A stretch of DNA of 32,000 nucleotides, from assembly GCA_021498095.1 (NCBI GenBank), contig JAIZWK010000001.1, forward strand, positions 2,010,001-2,042,000, given 5' to 3'. Under the pieces are notes generated by a model. That model searched no databases, had not been told where the DNA came from, and saw only the letters and a program-made list of their open reading frames with translations. Position numbers and translations under genes: made by a program. Of this stretch, positions 8,599-18,185 are shown in pieces. Numbering within the stretch: the stretch's first letter is position 1; the number at the start of each line of letters is the position of its first letter. This DNA is from Candidatus Harpocratesius repetitus (GTDB lineage: Archaea; Asgardarchaeota; Lokiarchaeia; Sigyniarchaeales; Promethearchaeaceae).

Positions 8599-11500
8599 TT
8601 AACGTTTGCGAATCTTCTTTATTATTACTGCAATTGATACAATTGCCATTCCAACTACAATATATGAGGGATACCCTGGAATATTGTTAAGAAGATCCCC
8701 AAATGGTGATTCTCCTCCATCGCCTTCCATTACAACATTTACAGTGATGGTAACATTAGCTTGAATTTCTTGACCTGCATTGTCTACACCATATACAATT
8801 AAATCGAATTGATACGTTCCCACATGTAAAAGAAAATCACTTACATTTATCGTGGTTTCAACTCCGCTTTCATAGGTTCCATTTACTAAAACAACTCCAT
8901 CTTGTAATAATTCCCATGATGATGGAGTAAATCCTGAAGGAATAGTGGCAATGAACCATACTTCCAAAGGCTGAGAGTAATTTACAGTAAATGTGTCCGT
9001 ATATTGTAGAATTATATCTGATAGGGATAAAACGTGCAATTCAATCTGACATTCTGCTGTCATTCCTTCTACAGTATAAACCCTAATTCCAATGTGATAT
9101 GTTCCCGCACTATATGAAGAAACATTATATCGAATTGTTGAGCCATTATTATATGTTTCGTGTTGAATTAGTGCTGTTCCTGTATCTTCATTATAAATAT
9201 CATAGTAATCTGGTGTAAGATAAATTAAAGTAATTGTCCAATTTAATTCTACATTATCTCCTTCATATATAGTAACGACATCTGGCTGATCGATAAGAAT
9301 ATCTGAACCACCTGATGAACCAGAATCAAGAATGGTTACCTCTATACTACAAAAAGCACTAATTAATTCTCCTTCTCCACCATCTGTAAATGCCCAAAAT
9401 TCTGCACCAATCATATAAGTACCTGGAAGCCAACCAGACATATTGAACATAACTGGAGTATTATTTACATAACTACTTCCATGGAATAGATCAACATAAC
9501 CTGCATTTACATCAATAATGAAGTAATCATCTGGAACTAAATTACCATGTAAAATCGGAATCCATTCTAAAATGATGGTTTCATTATCATAAAATGTCAA
9601 TGAATCAGGTTGATTGATTTCAATCCAATCATTTATAATCATAGGAAATATTTCCACTTGAATACTACAGAATCCTTCGTATCCTTCCGCTGTATAGAAA
9701 TGTGCACCTATACTATAACTACCTGGACCATATGTAGAATTATCTAGGATGAAATAAACATCAGTATTATTCCAGTATGAGTCACCGGTAAACAATATTG
9801 TATTATTCCAAACATCGATAATTTCAAATGTTGTTGGAGTTAGAATTCCATGCAAAATTGGAGTCCACTTTAATTCATAGGTCGATCCTTCAATAAACGA
9901 AATATATTCTGGTTGTAATACTTCAACATATAGCTCTTGTGTTTCATTTGGCAAAATCTCAACTAGAATGCTGCAGAATCCTTCGTATCCTTCCGCTGTA
10001 TAGAAATGTGCACCTATACTATAATTACCTGGACCATATGTAGAATTATCTAGGATGAAATAAACATCAGTATTATTCCAGTATGAGTCACCGGTAAACA
10101 ATATTGTATTATTCCAAACATCGATAATTTCAAATGTTGTTGGAGTTAGAATTCCATGCAAAATTGGAGTCCACTTTAATTCATAGGTCGATCCTTCAAT
10201 AAACGAAATATATTCTGGTTGTAATACTTCAACATATAGCTCTTGTGTTTCATTTGGCAAAATCTCAACTAGAATGCTGCAGAATCCTTCGTATCCTTCC
10301 GCTGTATAGAAATGTGCACCTATACTATAACTACCTGGACCATATGTAGAATTATCTAGGATGAAATAAACATCAGTATTATTCGAGTATGAGTCACCGG
10401 TAAACAATATTGTATTATTCCAAACATCGATAATTTCAAATGTTGTTGGAGTTAGAATTCCATGCAAAATTGGAGTCCACTTTAATTCATAGGTCGATCC
10501 TTCAATAAACGAAATATATTCTGGTTGTAATACTTCAACATATAGCTCTTGTGTTTCATTTGGTAAAATTTCAACTAGAATGCTGCAAAAACCTTCAATT
10601 CCTTCTAGTGTATAGAATCTAGCGCCAATGCTGTAATTGCCCGGAAGCCATGAATCCATTATGTATGTGACTGCTGTGTTGTTATAATATATACTATTTT
10701 GTTCCAAAATTGTGTTATTGCCCCACATATCAATAATCTCATAATAATCTGGTGTTAGTGGGCCAGTTAATACTGGAATCCATGTCAATTCTATGTGTTC
10801 ACCGTAAGTAAACGTCAAGAATTCAGGTTGTATGATATAAATATCTGAATTACTTGGAAGAATAATTACTTCAATAATACATGAATTAGAAATTATTGAT
10901 CCGTTTCCTTCGAATCCTGGTGCAAATGGTACTCCGGCTCCTTCTCCGGCAAAGATACCACCATTATCAGCATAGAATTCACATTGAATAAAATAATCAC
11001 CTGGGCCATAACCTTCAAGAATAAAGTCAACAGGTGTATTATTCTGGTAAGATTCACCGTAATATAGCACTTCTGATTCATTCAAAGCATTAGTTATTAT
11101 ATAATCCAATTCAAAGATATCACCATGTAGAATCGGCAACCAACTAAGGATTATTGTTTCGTTTTCATAGAAAGTTAATTTTTCAGGTTGAATTATTTCG
11201 ATATAGTTGGTTGTATCGAATATATCAATGTATATTGAGCAATATCCTACTTTTCCTTCAATTGTATAGAAATATGCTCCGATTTCATAATAGCCCGGGC
11301 CGTATTCGTCTAAAATATATGTAATTTCAATTCCGTCTGAATATGGCATATCTTCTACTAATATTGAACCATTATATACATCAACTATGGAATAATTTGT
11401 TGGGGTAAGTGATCCATGAATAATTGGGGTCCAACTTAGTATTTTTGTATCAGTATCATTAAAAGCTAAGTATTCTGGTTGAATTACTTCTATAAAAGGT

Positions 11501-12558
11501 TCGGTTGTTATATTTACACTAATTGAGCAATAACCTGTTATATTTTCATATGTATAGAAACGAGCTTCTATAACATAATTTCCTGGACCATACAAAGAAC
11601 TATTTAACTCATAATACACAGTTGTTCCATTAAAATAGGTGTTATTGCTATATAATGGTACATCAAATTCACTTATTTCTACAATTTCGTACCAATATGG
11701 AGTTAAATTACCATATAGAAATGGTGTCCAATATAATAGATAGATTTCATTTTGATAAAAAATCAAATCCCAAGGTTGGTCAACATAGACCCAACGATCA
11801 TCATAGGGATATATATCCACTGTTATGTTCCAATAACCCATTTCTCCTTCTATCGTATAAAATCGGCCTTGAAAAACATAGTGCCCTTCATTATAATCAG
11901 ATAATGCATAGTACACTGTAGATGCATTATAATACACATAATCCACATACAAAAGTGTATCGTTATTATCTGTGACATCAAAAATTTCAAAATAATCTGG
12001 TGTTAATTCTCCGTAAAGATATGGTGTAAAGCTTAATTCCATATAGTTTCCTTCCTGGAAACTCAAATATTCAAAACCAACAACATCAACATGATTATCT
12101 GGTAGAATAATTACATCTGTAATTGCTGTTCCATTTACATTTTCATATGTCATGAAACGAGCTTCAATTGTATAATTACCTGCAGAATAACCTGCCAAAT
12201 TATATGACACTGCTGTATTGTTAGTATAAATATCTGAATCTAATAAGAATGGGCTTGAAGTAATATCCCAAATCTCATAATAATCTTCAGTTATACTTCC
12301 ATCTAAATGTGGAGTAAATTCCACAGTCATATTCATATCACCTTCGATGAATGTTACATTGTCGAGATGATCAACAGTAACTCCACCAGGTGCCTGTAAA
12401 GTTGGAGATAAATCATCCATTCCATTCATGTTCGATTGAGAATTAAATAAGAGTTTATCATTTGCCACAGGTACAGAAATGGCACTTATAACTATTATCC
12501 CAGTTAATACTCCAAGGAACATTATGGAAACGATGCGTTTTGTTTGCAAAGTTAACAT
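8599..12558 (-). CDS. Large cell-surface glycoprotein with ~12 tandem ~100-aa Ig-like beta domains and a C-terminal IPGY-TM-basic (Loki-CTERM-like) anchor
   Basis: N-terminal signal/TM segment. Repeated motif Q-P-x-x-L-x-F...W-x-P-x-L-x-G-x-L-x-P...PG-x-Y-x-I-x-A-x-FYT-x-EG. Many N-x-S/T sequons. C-terminus NNIPGYPSYIVVGMAIVSIAVIIKKIRKR. Confidence 0.85.
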   Translation of the reverse strand: MLTLQTKRIVSIMFLGVLTGIIVISAISVPVANDKLLFNSQSNMNGMDDLSPTLQAPGGVTVDHLDNVTFIEGDMNMTVEFTPHLDGSITEDYYEIWDITSSPFLLDSDIYTNNTAVSYNLAGYSAGNYTIEARFMTYENVNGTAITDVIILPDNHVDVVGFEYLSFQEGNYMELSFTPYLYGELTPDYFEIFDVTDNNDTLLYVDYVYYNASTVYYALSDYNEGHYVFQGRFYTIEGEMGYWNITVDIYPYDDRWVYVDQPWDLIFYQNEIYLLYWTPFLYGNLTPYWYEIVEISEFDVPLYSNNTYFNGTTVYYELNSSLYGPGNYVIEARFYTYENITGYCSISVNITTEPFIEVIQPEYLAFNDTDTKILSWTPIIHGSLTPTNYSIVDVYNGSILVEDMPYSDGIEITYILDEYGPGYYEIGAYFYTIEGKVGYCSIYIDIFDTTNYIEIIQPEKLTFYENETIILSWLPILHGDIFELDYIITNALNESEVLYYGESYQNNTPVDFILEGYGPGDYFIQCEFYADNGGIFAGEGAGVPFAPGFEGNGSIISNSCIIEVIILPSNSDIYIIQPEFLTFTYGEHIELTWIPVLTGPLTPDYYEIIDMWGNNTILEQNSIYYNNTAVTYIMDSWLPGNYSIGARFYTLEGIEGFCSILVEILPNETQELYVEVLQPEYISFIEGSTYELKWTPILHGILTPTTFEIIDVWNNTILFTGDSYSNNTDVYFILDNSTYGPGSYSIGAHFYTAEGYEGFCSILVEILPNETQELYVEVLQPEYISFIEGSTYELKWTPILHGILTPTTFEIIDVWNNTILFTGDSYWNNTDVYFILDNSTYGPGNYSIGAHFYTAEGYEGFCSILVEILPNETQELYVEVLQPEYISFIEGSTYELKWTPILHGILTPTTFEIIDVWNNTILFTGDSYWNNTDVYFILDNSTYGPGSYSIGAHFYTAEGYEGFCSIQVEIFPMIINDWIEINQPDSLTFYDNETIILEWIPILHGNLVPDDYFIIDVNAGYVDLFHGSSYVNNTPVMFNMSGWLPGTYMIGAEFWAFTDGGEGELISAFCSIEVTILDSGSSGGSDILIDQPDVVTIYEGDNVELNWTITLIYLTPDYYDIYNEDTGTALIQHETYNNGSTIRYNVSSYSAGTYHIGIRVYTVEGMTAECQIELHVLSLSDIILQYTDTFTVNYSQPLEVWFIATIPSGFTPSSWELLQDGVVLVNGTYESGVETTINVSDFLLHVGTYQFDLIVYGVDNAGQEIQANVTITVNVVMEGDGGESPFGDLLNNIPGYPSYIVVGMAIVSIAVIIKKIRKR
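9668..10586. repeat. Three near-identical tandem 306-bp repeats (102-aa domains) inside the surface-protein gene
   Basis: The same register recurs at 9668, 9974, 10280 and 10586 (period 306). The copies differ at only a few codons (DSYS/DSYW, GPGS/GPGN). Confidence 0.97.
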
Positions 12559-12757
12559 AATCCTTCACCAATAAATAAAAAATACAATAAAGGCTTCATT
12601 GCTACTATTCCGTAGAAATAGCCATTGAAAAAAGCGTTTTATTGTGTTAATAAAAACATGAAAAATCATCTTTATAAAAATGACCCATCAAAAATACAAA
12701 ATCGTGTTTTCAATAAGAGAAATAAATAATAAAACAATAAAAAATATGGGAGTTAAA

Positions 12758-13330
12758 ATGAATTCTTATAATTTTAGAATATTTAATACAAAAGGAGAAA
12801 TTAATTTAATCCCAACACTGCAAAATGCATATCAAAATGCTGTAGCTTTAAATATAAGCACCGTTTTAATTGCTTCTACTACTGGAATGACTATTTCTAA
12901 AGCTGTTGAAATTTTTCCCCTTTCTGATTTTAAATTAATATGTGTTACTCATAATTTCGGTTTCAGTGAAAAAGAAAATCAAGCCTTTCCAACAGAACTA
13001 AAAAAAGAATTAAAAGAAAAAGGTATTCAATTTATTACAGGGACTTTAGCCTTCTCTGGCGTTTCAAGCGCGCTAATTCGAAAATATCAACATTATGATT
13101 CTACTGCGATATTTTCACGATTAATTCGAACAATTATTGGTGATGGGGTTAAAGTTGCTATGGAGATGGCATTGATGGCCGTTGATGCTGGCTTAGTGAA
13201 AATGGGGCAAGAAATTATCACAGTTTCCGGAACTGGTCATGGTGCTGATACTTGCTGCTGGATAAAATCTGCTTCTTCGCGCATGATAGATTCTTTACGA
13301 GTAAATGCAATTTTTGCAAAGCCTAAATAG
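12758..13330 (+). CDS. Pyruvate-kinase C-terminal (PK_C)-like conserved archaeal protein (COG1751 family)
   Basis: VLIASTTG, VTHNFGF, GTLAFSG, GVKVAMEMALMAVDAGL and VSGTGHGADT match this family as I recall it. Start likely ATG 12758 (GGGAG upstream) or 12746. Confidence 0.8.
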   Translation: MNSYNFRIFNTKGEINLIPTLQNAYQNAVALNISTVLIASTTGMTISKAVEIFPLSDFKLICVTHNFGFSEKENQAFPTELKKELKEKGIQFITGTLAFSGVSSALIRKYQHYDSTAIFSRLIRTIIGDGVKVAMEMALMAVDAGLVKMGQEIITVSGTGHGADTCCWIKSASSRMIDSLRVNAIFAKPK

Positions 13331-13365
13331 ACATTATTTTTTTGTTTTCATATGAATTGTTTTTA

Positions 13366-14582
13366 TTAAAGATATAAAGGAAATCCATTTTTTAACAAAA
13401 TCCTTGGTCGGTAGAACTTGATTTCTTTTTTATAATATTCCTGCATTTCAGCGGTGGGCATTTTCGGAATCATCGATTCTACATAATTCAAAAATTGCAC
13501 CCTTTCACGGTTACATGAACGTTCATATATTATGGGCGGACCGTCTTCATATTTTTTATAAAGTTCTTGATTTTCATAATATCGGGGATGAAATGTATTT
13601 TTGTAATTTTCTTGAAAATCTCCGTATCCGCCGACTTTTGTGCAATCCCAAAATGCTATGGGGAGGAAAGAGAGATTAGGAATGTTTGAACAATCTAAAA
13701 TGTGAATGGAAAGAAATACATGATAAGATAATTCAATGGGTAATTCGGTTAACTCGGGCAAAGAATCAAGATCTAATTTTTCAAGTGGTATGCAATAAGC
13801 CCAGTTTCGAGGAATTCGGAACGGAGGATGTTTGGTTTTATTTTTACCCGAAGTTCGAACGTGACAATTCAGAAGCGTAATTTCTTTAAGATAAAAACAC
13901 TGCGAAAAATCTATCTCCCAATCCTGCAAACTAAGTGTCCAAAATTCAATTTCTCTTAAATATCGATACTGAGACGATTCCGTAGGAATACTGCGTAAAT
14001 TGGAACATCTGGTCAAATCAATTTTAGCAATTATTGGGGGCCAAGCCACAATTCGGTGAAGATCGCATTCTATCAACTTAATTTTCCTGCAGTGAACAAA
14101 TTTGGAAAAATCCACCGATTTTTGAATGAAATGGCATCCATAAAAATCGATATCACTAATTTTATCGACATTAGGGATTTTATTAATATCTATATTTTTT
14201 TCTTTATAATATCCTAATATGCTAATTCTATCCACTTCTTGGCTCTGCGAAAAATCTATCTCCCAATTATCCAATTCGACTTCATAAACCTCGAATTTCT
14301 TCAATAAACGATACTGCGAAGGTTCGTTAGGAATAACATGCAAATTAGGACATCTCCGCAATTTAATAACTTCAATATTTGGGGGCCAAGCCGCGATCTC
14401 CTCAAGATCGCATTGTTCAATCCATATTTTTTACATTTAATAAATTCGGAAAAATCCGCGGATTTTTGCAGAAAATTACATTCATTAAAAATTAATTCAA
14501 AATATTTATCCGCATACTGAAAATTTTGTAAGTCGATATCCTTAATATAGTGAAATCTTGATATATTGGAACTTTGATTCAT
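13366..14582 (-). pseudogene. Leucine-rich-repeat-like protein split by a single-base frameshift (ORFs 14301-14582 and 13366-14361)
   Basis: Adding one A to the A6 run (T6 at 14427-14432) gives ...DFSEFIKCKKIWIEQCDLEEIAAWPPNIEVIKLRRCPNL..., matching the internal paralogous repeat DFSKFVHCRKIKLIECDLHRIVAWPPIIAKIDLTRCSNL. Fused product ~405 aa. AGGAG RBS precedes ATG 14582. Confidence 0.75.
13901..14400. repeat. Internal diverged duplication with 345-bp (115-aa) period in the LRR-like gene
   Basis: TGCGAAAAATCTATCTCCCA at 13901 and 14246; GGGGGCCAAGCC at 14036 and 14381. Confidence 0.9.
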
Positions 14583-14675
14583 GATTTACTTTACTCCTAA
14601 TGTTAAAAAAAATCTAACTTTTTTCAAAAAAAATAAAAAATAAAATCGAAAAAAAGTGATGGAACAAGATATACC

Positions 14676-16145
14676 TTAAAGGCGGCTAACAAAAGCGGTC
14701 ACCTCGGCAATGTAATTATCAAAATGACTTAGAAAATCGTTATAGGTCGGATCTTCTTCGGCTTCCTGCCCGTAGTAGTAGCGCAATTCCTCTATATATG
14801 TGAGGTAATAGCGGTATACCTGCTGGAGCATTTTCAACTTCTTAGAGTCTTGGAACATAAAATGGGGTTGTTCAATTTGATCGTACCAATCTTTTATTTC
14901 ACTATTGAATGCAATATGGCCTTCATCATCCAGATAGGGAACCCAATGTTTTACTTCTATTTTTTCACCATTTATATAAGAGTAAGAAACGGCTTGATCA
15001 GATTTTTCTCCCAAGACTCCAAATGATTTTACTATATTTTCAATGGTGGTTTGGGTATATCCGTAAAATCTGGCCCCGAAATCATTCTGCAATCTTACTT
15101 CCCGAAGCCATTCTGCCATCTCAGTGATGAGTTCTTTAATGGTCATTCCCCGCATTTCGGGTAGATTACGCAGCGCAAAAAAGGCTTCCGCATGGGGTTT
15201 CATGATGCAAACAAGTTGTTTATGGGCTTCTTCATTACCTGCAATCTCATCAATTTGTTTTTGAAATTCTTTAATAGCTTTAGTTCCCGCTGAAAAAATA
15301 TTGATGATGGACAAGCCGTTTTGATGACTGGTCCATACCCTTAATGCTTTACGCTTCCAATATTTAAAATCAAACTGATCTGCTCCATGCAATCCGACAC
15401 CAAATATGCCGGGATCACGCCATGTAATCGAATTATCATCGCGCTTAACCAACCACAGCAAATTTTCCATAATGATCCAATCGATTTTATATCGATTAAT
15501 ATACGTTTTACCTTTCTCGTTTTCGGATTCTATCCATTCGTTTTTAATCGGATCCCACAAATCCATCATGAATTGCGGCTTGATAACGGCGTAAGGCGAC
15601 ATCTGACCCCTAACAAATGTTGCCAGTTGAGCCATATCGAATGAGCCATCATCACGCCTTAAACTCAGCATGACCTTTGTTATATCCACTTCACCTGGTG
15701 TGTCAAGACTTTCCAGAACCTGTTTTCCGCACTGGATAAATTTAGCCAGAAAACTATTTTTTTTGGCACCGATGATAATCTTTGGATCGGGCAAACTTGT
15801 GGGGGGCACATAGTAATGTTCATCTCCCACTTTCGTGGAAAGGTATTGCTCTTTTATTAGTTGTTGCTTTTCGCTTGAAGATAATTTATTTTCTAATAGA
15901 TAATCAATGTCTTCATGAAAATCATCGATATTCTCATAAATCGAAGCCAATGACAACCACATCAGGTGAATCAATTCCCATTCAAATATATAGGACTGTC
16001 CATCTGTTTCTTTAAAATTTCCCAGATTTGTAATATAATCTATTCTACTTCCTCCTTTTTCCAATCTCGCAAAGAATAAACTGTGAACAGGAATATTCAT
16101 TTTATTAAGAAATATGCTCAAAAATGTAAACACATTTTGTTGCAT
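14676..16145 (-). CDS. Hypothetical protein (489-aa ORF), probably the 3' part of a longer frameshifted gene starting at 16616
   Basis: Long open frame with higher GC than the flanking core genes and no motif I recognise. The frame stays open upstream of ATG 16145 (…IEALTTIDKNHPISV-M). Confidence 0.7.
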   Translation of the reverse strand: MQQNVFTFLSIFLNKMNIPVHSLFFARLEKGGSRIDYITNLGNFKETDGQSYIFEWELIHLMWLSLASIYENIDDFHEDIDYLLENKLSSSEKQQLIKEQYLSTKVGDEHYYVPPTSLPDPKIIIGAKKNSFLAKFIQCGKQVLESLDTPGEVDITKVMLSLRRDDGSFDMAQLATFVRGQMSPYAVIKPQFMMDLWDPIKNEWIESENEKGKTYINRYKIDWIIMENLLWLVKRDDNSITWRDPGIFGVGLHGADQFDFKYWKRKALRVWTSHQNGLSIINIFSAGTKAIKEFQKQIDEIAGNEEAHKQLVCIMKPHAEAFFALRNLPEMRGMTIKELITEMAEWLREVRLQNDFGARFYGYTQTTIENIVKSFGVLGEKSDQAVSYSYINGEKIEVKHWVPYLDDEGHIAFNSEIKDWYDQIEQPHFMFQDSKKLKMLQQVYRYYLTYIEELRYYYGQEAEEDPTYNDFLSHFDNYIAEVTAFVSRL

Positions 16146-16616
16146 AACTGAAATTGGATGGTTTTTGTCAATAGTAGTGAGTGCTTCTATTTTAATAGAT
16201 TTTCGGCGAGGTTTTTTACTTTGGAAATAACTAAATCATTATAAACCATTTTTCTGCAATTCCTGTTTTGCCCGATAAATTATCCATCCAGCGTACATAT
16301 TTATGGGTTTTATCCTTATCAAAAAGATCTTCCAAAATATAATTCAAGTCGATAACATCATTATATTCTTCATCAGTGAGCATCATGCTCAATTCTTGAT
16401 AGCCACTGATTGAGTGCATTCGTTCAACTAACCAAGAAAGTCTATTATAAGAACAGTAATAATCAAAACTAATTTTCGGCTCTTCTTTGGGCAATTTTTC
16501 TTTTTTCAGATTTTTTAGATTTTTCAAGTATTCATTATATCTTTTTTTACATCAGGTCGGGAAAAATATTCGAAAGGATTAAACCGCTCTTCTTTTTTGG
16601 GTTGTGCATCTGCCAT
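16146..16616 (-). pseudogene. Frameshifted 5' portion of the 14676-16145 gene (includes ORF 16231-16527)
   Basis: ATG 16616 is in the same frame as ATG 16145. Three +1 corrections (near 16530, T5 16249-16253, T4 16190-16193) give MADAQPKKEERFNPFEYFSRPDVKKDIMN(Y)LKNLKN...GIAEKMVYNDLVISKVKNLAENLLKIEALTTIDKNHPISVMQQ. Confidence 0.55.
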
Positions 16617-16678
16617 GATAATCAAATATTTGATAAGCTGTTACCTATTTAAGAATTGCACGATTTTGATTTGATAGA

Positions 16679-17119
16679 TTATTGATCTCCACCCACCTTA
16701 TAGGCAATCACCACCCGTGCCACCTTCCTCTGCTCAATTTGCTTCAGCAGCCGCCACAATCCTCGACGCATCGGATTCAAGCTTGAACCGTATTCTTTAA
16801 TAATTTTTAAAGGTGTTTCATCATCGAAATGCTCTTTATGATATTTTTTCAATCGTTCGACCTGTCTGTCAAGATTTCCATCTTTCTTTTGTTTGGCTGA
16901 TGAGACTCTGGCATAAATATAGGTCGATTTTGCAGTTTCTTCTGCTGGTTGGCACGGTAGATTAACCGATTCGGGCAGAAAATTCGCCAACTGTTCCCAT
17001 GAGTATCGGCGGTGATTTCCAAATGTCCTTTTTGGAACGAGGTATCCTTTTCTATCCCATCTGCGCAGAGTTGCGGGAGTAACTCCAAGAAGGCGTGATG
17101 TTTCGGAGATGGTTAGCAT
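16679..17119 (-). pseudogene. tnpA: IS607-family serine transposase TnpA, C-terminally truncated
   Basis: MerR-like HTH (LTISETSRLLGVTPATLRRWD...GNHRRY) plus serine-recombinase motif YARVSSAKQK..NLDRQ and EYGSSLNPMRRGL. Ends at VVIAYK-VGGDQ* where the family continues with YKDRL. Confidence 0.9.
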
Positions 17120-17177
17120 AGAATTAAATTTAAGGAAGATCTATATAAATTAAGCGATCAATGATCAAGTTTGATCA
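16680..17177 (-). mobile_element. Internally deleted, non-autonomous IS607-family element lacking tnpB
   Basis: Truncated tnpA. Three TTGATC motifs at ~17156-17177 upstream of tnpA. GC-rich GGTGGGTGGAGATCA immediately after the truncation. Higher GC than the host. Exact ends are uncertain. Confidence 0.6.
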
Positions 17178-18098
17178 AAAATTTTTTTGCTGTTGATAAG
17201 TTTTTTTTTTCATATGAATTTGATAGCTTAAATATGTATTTTCCATTAACATTGCAATAGTCATAGGACCTACTCCACCTGGAACGGGTGTTAAACAGCT
17301 ACATTTAGTTTTTACTGCTTCAAAATCCACATCACCCACCAATTTTCCTGCTTGATTCCGATTTATTCCTGCATCTAAAATTACCACACCTTCTTTAATT
17401 CGTTCAGGTGTAATGAAATTTATTTTTCCCACTCCTACTGCGATGATATCTGCACGTTTAAGATGGAAATCCAAATCCCGCGTGTGGCTGTGACAAACAG
17501 TTATCGTTGCATGTCTGTTAAGAAACATCATTGCTAACGGTTTTCCTATAACATTTGTCCGATTTATAATAACAACCTCTTGTCCATCGATGGGAATTTG
17601 ATATTCTTCTAATAATCGAATCATCCCTTTTGGTGTGCATGAGCCGTAAGTTTCATTTCCAAAAGTATTCTCTCCTATACTGTTGGGACTAAATCCATCA
17701 ACATCTTTTGAAGGATGAATAAGGCGCATAATTTCGGGCTCATATTTGCGTAATTGGGCAGGTAATGGCATTTGAACAAGAATACCATCAACTTTATCAT
17801 CTTCATTTAGTTTTTTAACTAAATTGCGCAAATCTTCTATTTGAGTTTCAGTTGGAAGAGAATAATGAAATGATTTCATTCCAATATATTCACATGTACG
17901 CCGTTTCATTCCTACATAGACTTTTGATGCTTCATCTTCTCCGACAAGAACAGTCGCTAAACCAGGGGCACGAATATTAAGATTTGGATCATTTGCAATT
18001 TGGTCTTTCAATCGTTCAGTTGTGCGTTTAGAAATTAATTTACCATCCAAAATAATTGGTTTTTGAGGTTCAGTTAAATCAGGTTTCTGAGTTGTCAT
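17175..18098 (-). CDS. folD: Bifunctional 5,10-methylene-THF dehydrogenase/cyclohydrolase
   Basis: YVGMK, DGILVQMPLP, KDVDG, CTPKG, GKPLAMM, ATITVCHSHT, DAGIN, GDVDF and TPVPGGVGPMTIAML motifs. Confidence 0.97.
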   Translation of the reverse strand: MTTQKPDLTEPQKPIILDGKLISKRTTERLKDQIANDPNLNIRAPGLATVLVGEDEASKVYVGMKRRTCEYIGMKSFHYSLPTETQIEDLRNLVKKLNEDDKVDGILVQMPLPAQLRKYEPEIMRLIHPSKDVDGFSPNSIGENTFGNETYGSCTPKGMIRLLEEYQIPIDGQEVVIINRTNVIGKPLAMMFLNRHATITVCHSHTRDLDFHLKRADIIAVGVGKINFITPERIKEGVVILDAGINRNQAGKLVGDVDFEAVKTKCSCLTPVPGGVGPMTIAMLMENTYLSYQIHMKKKTYQQQKNF

Positions 18099-18185
18099 GA
18101 TTAAATTATATTAAGAAAAGAAGAAAAAATTTAGGAAATAACAGAGAAAAAAGTTATAATTTTGAGATCAAAGATTGATCAAAGA

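Noticed and set aside
9668-10586. Direct repeats as a possible CRISPR array
   Set aside because: The period is 306 bp, in frame within a CDS, with no unique spacers and no cas genes.
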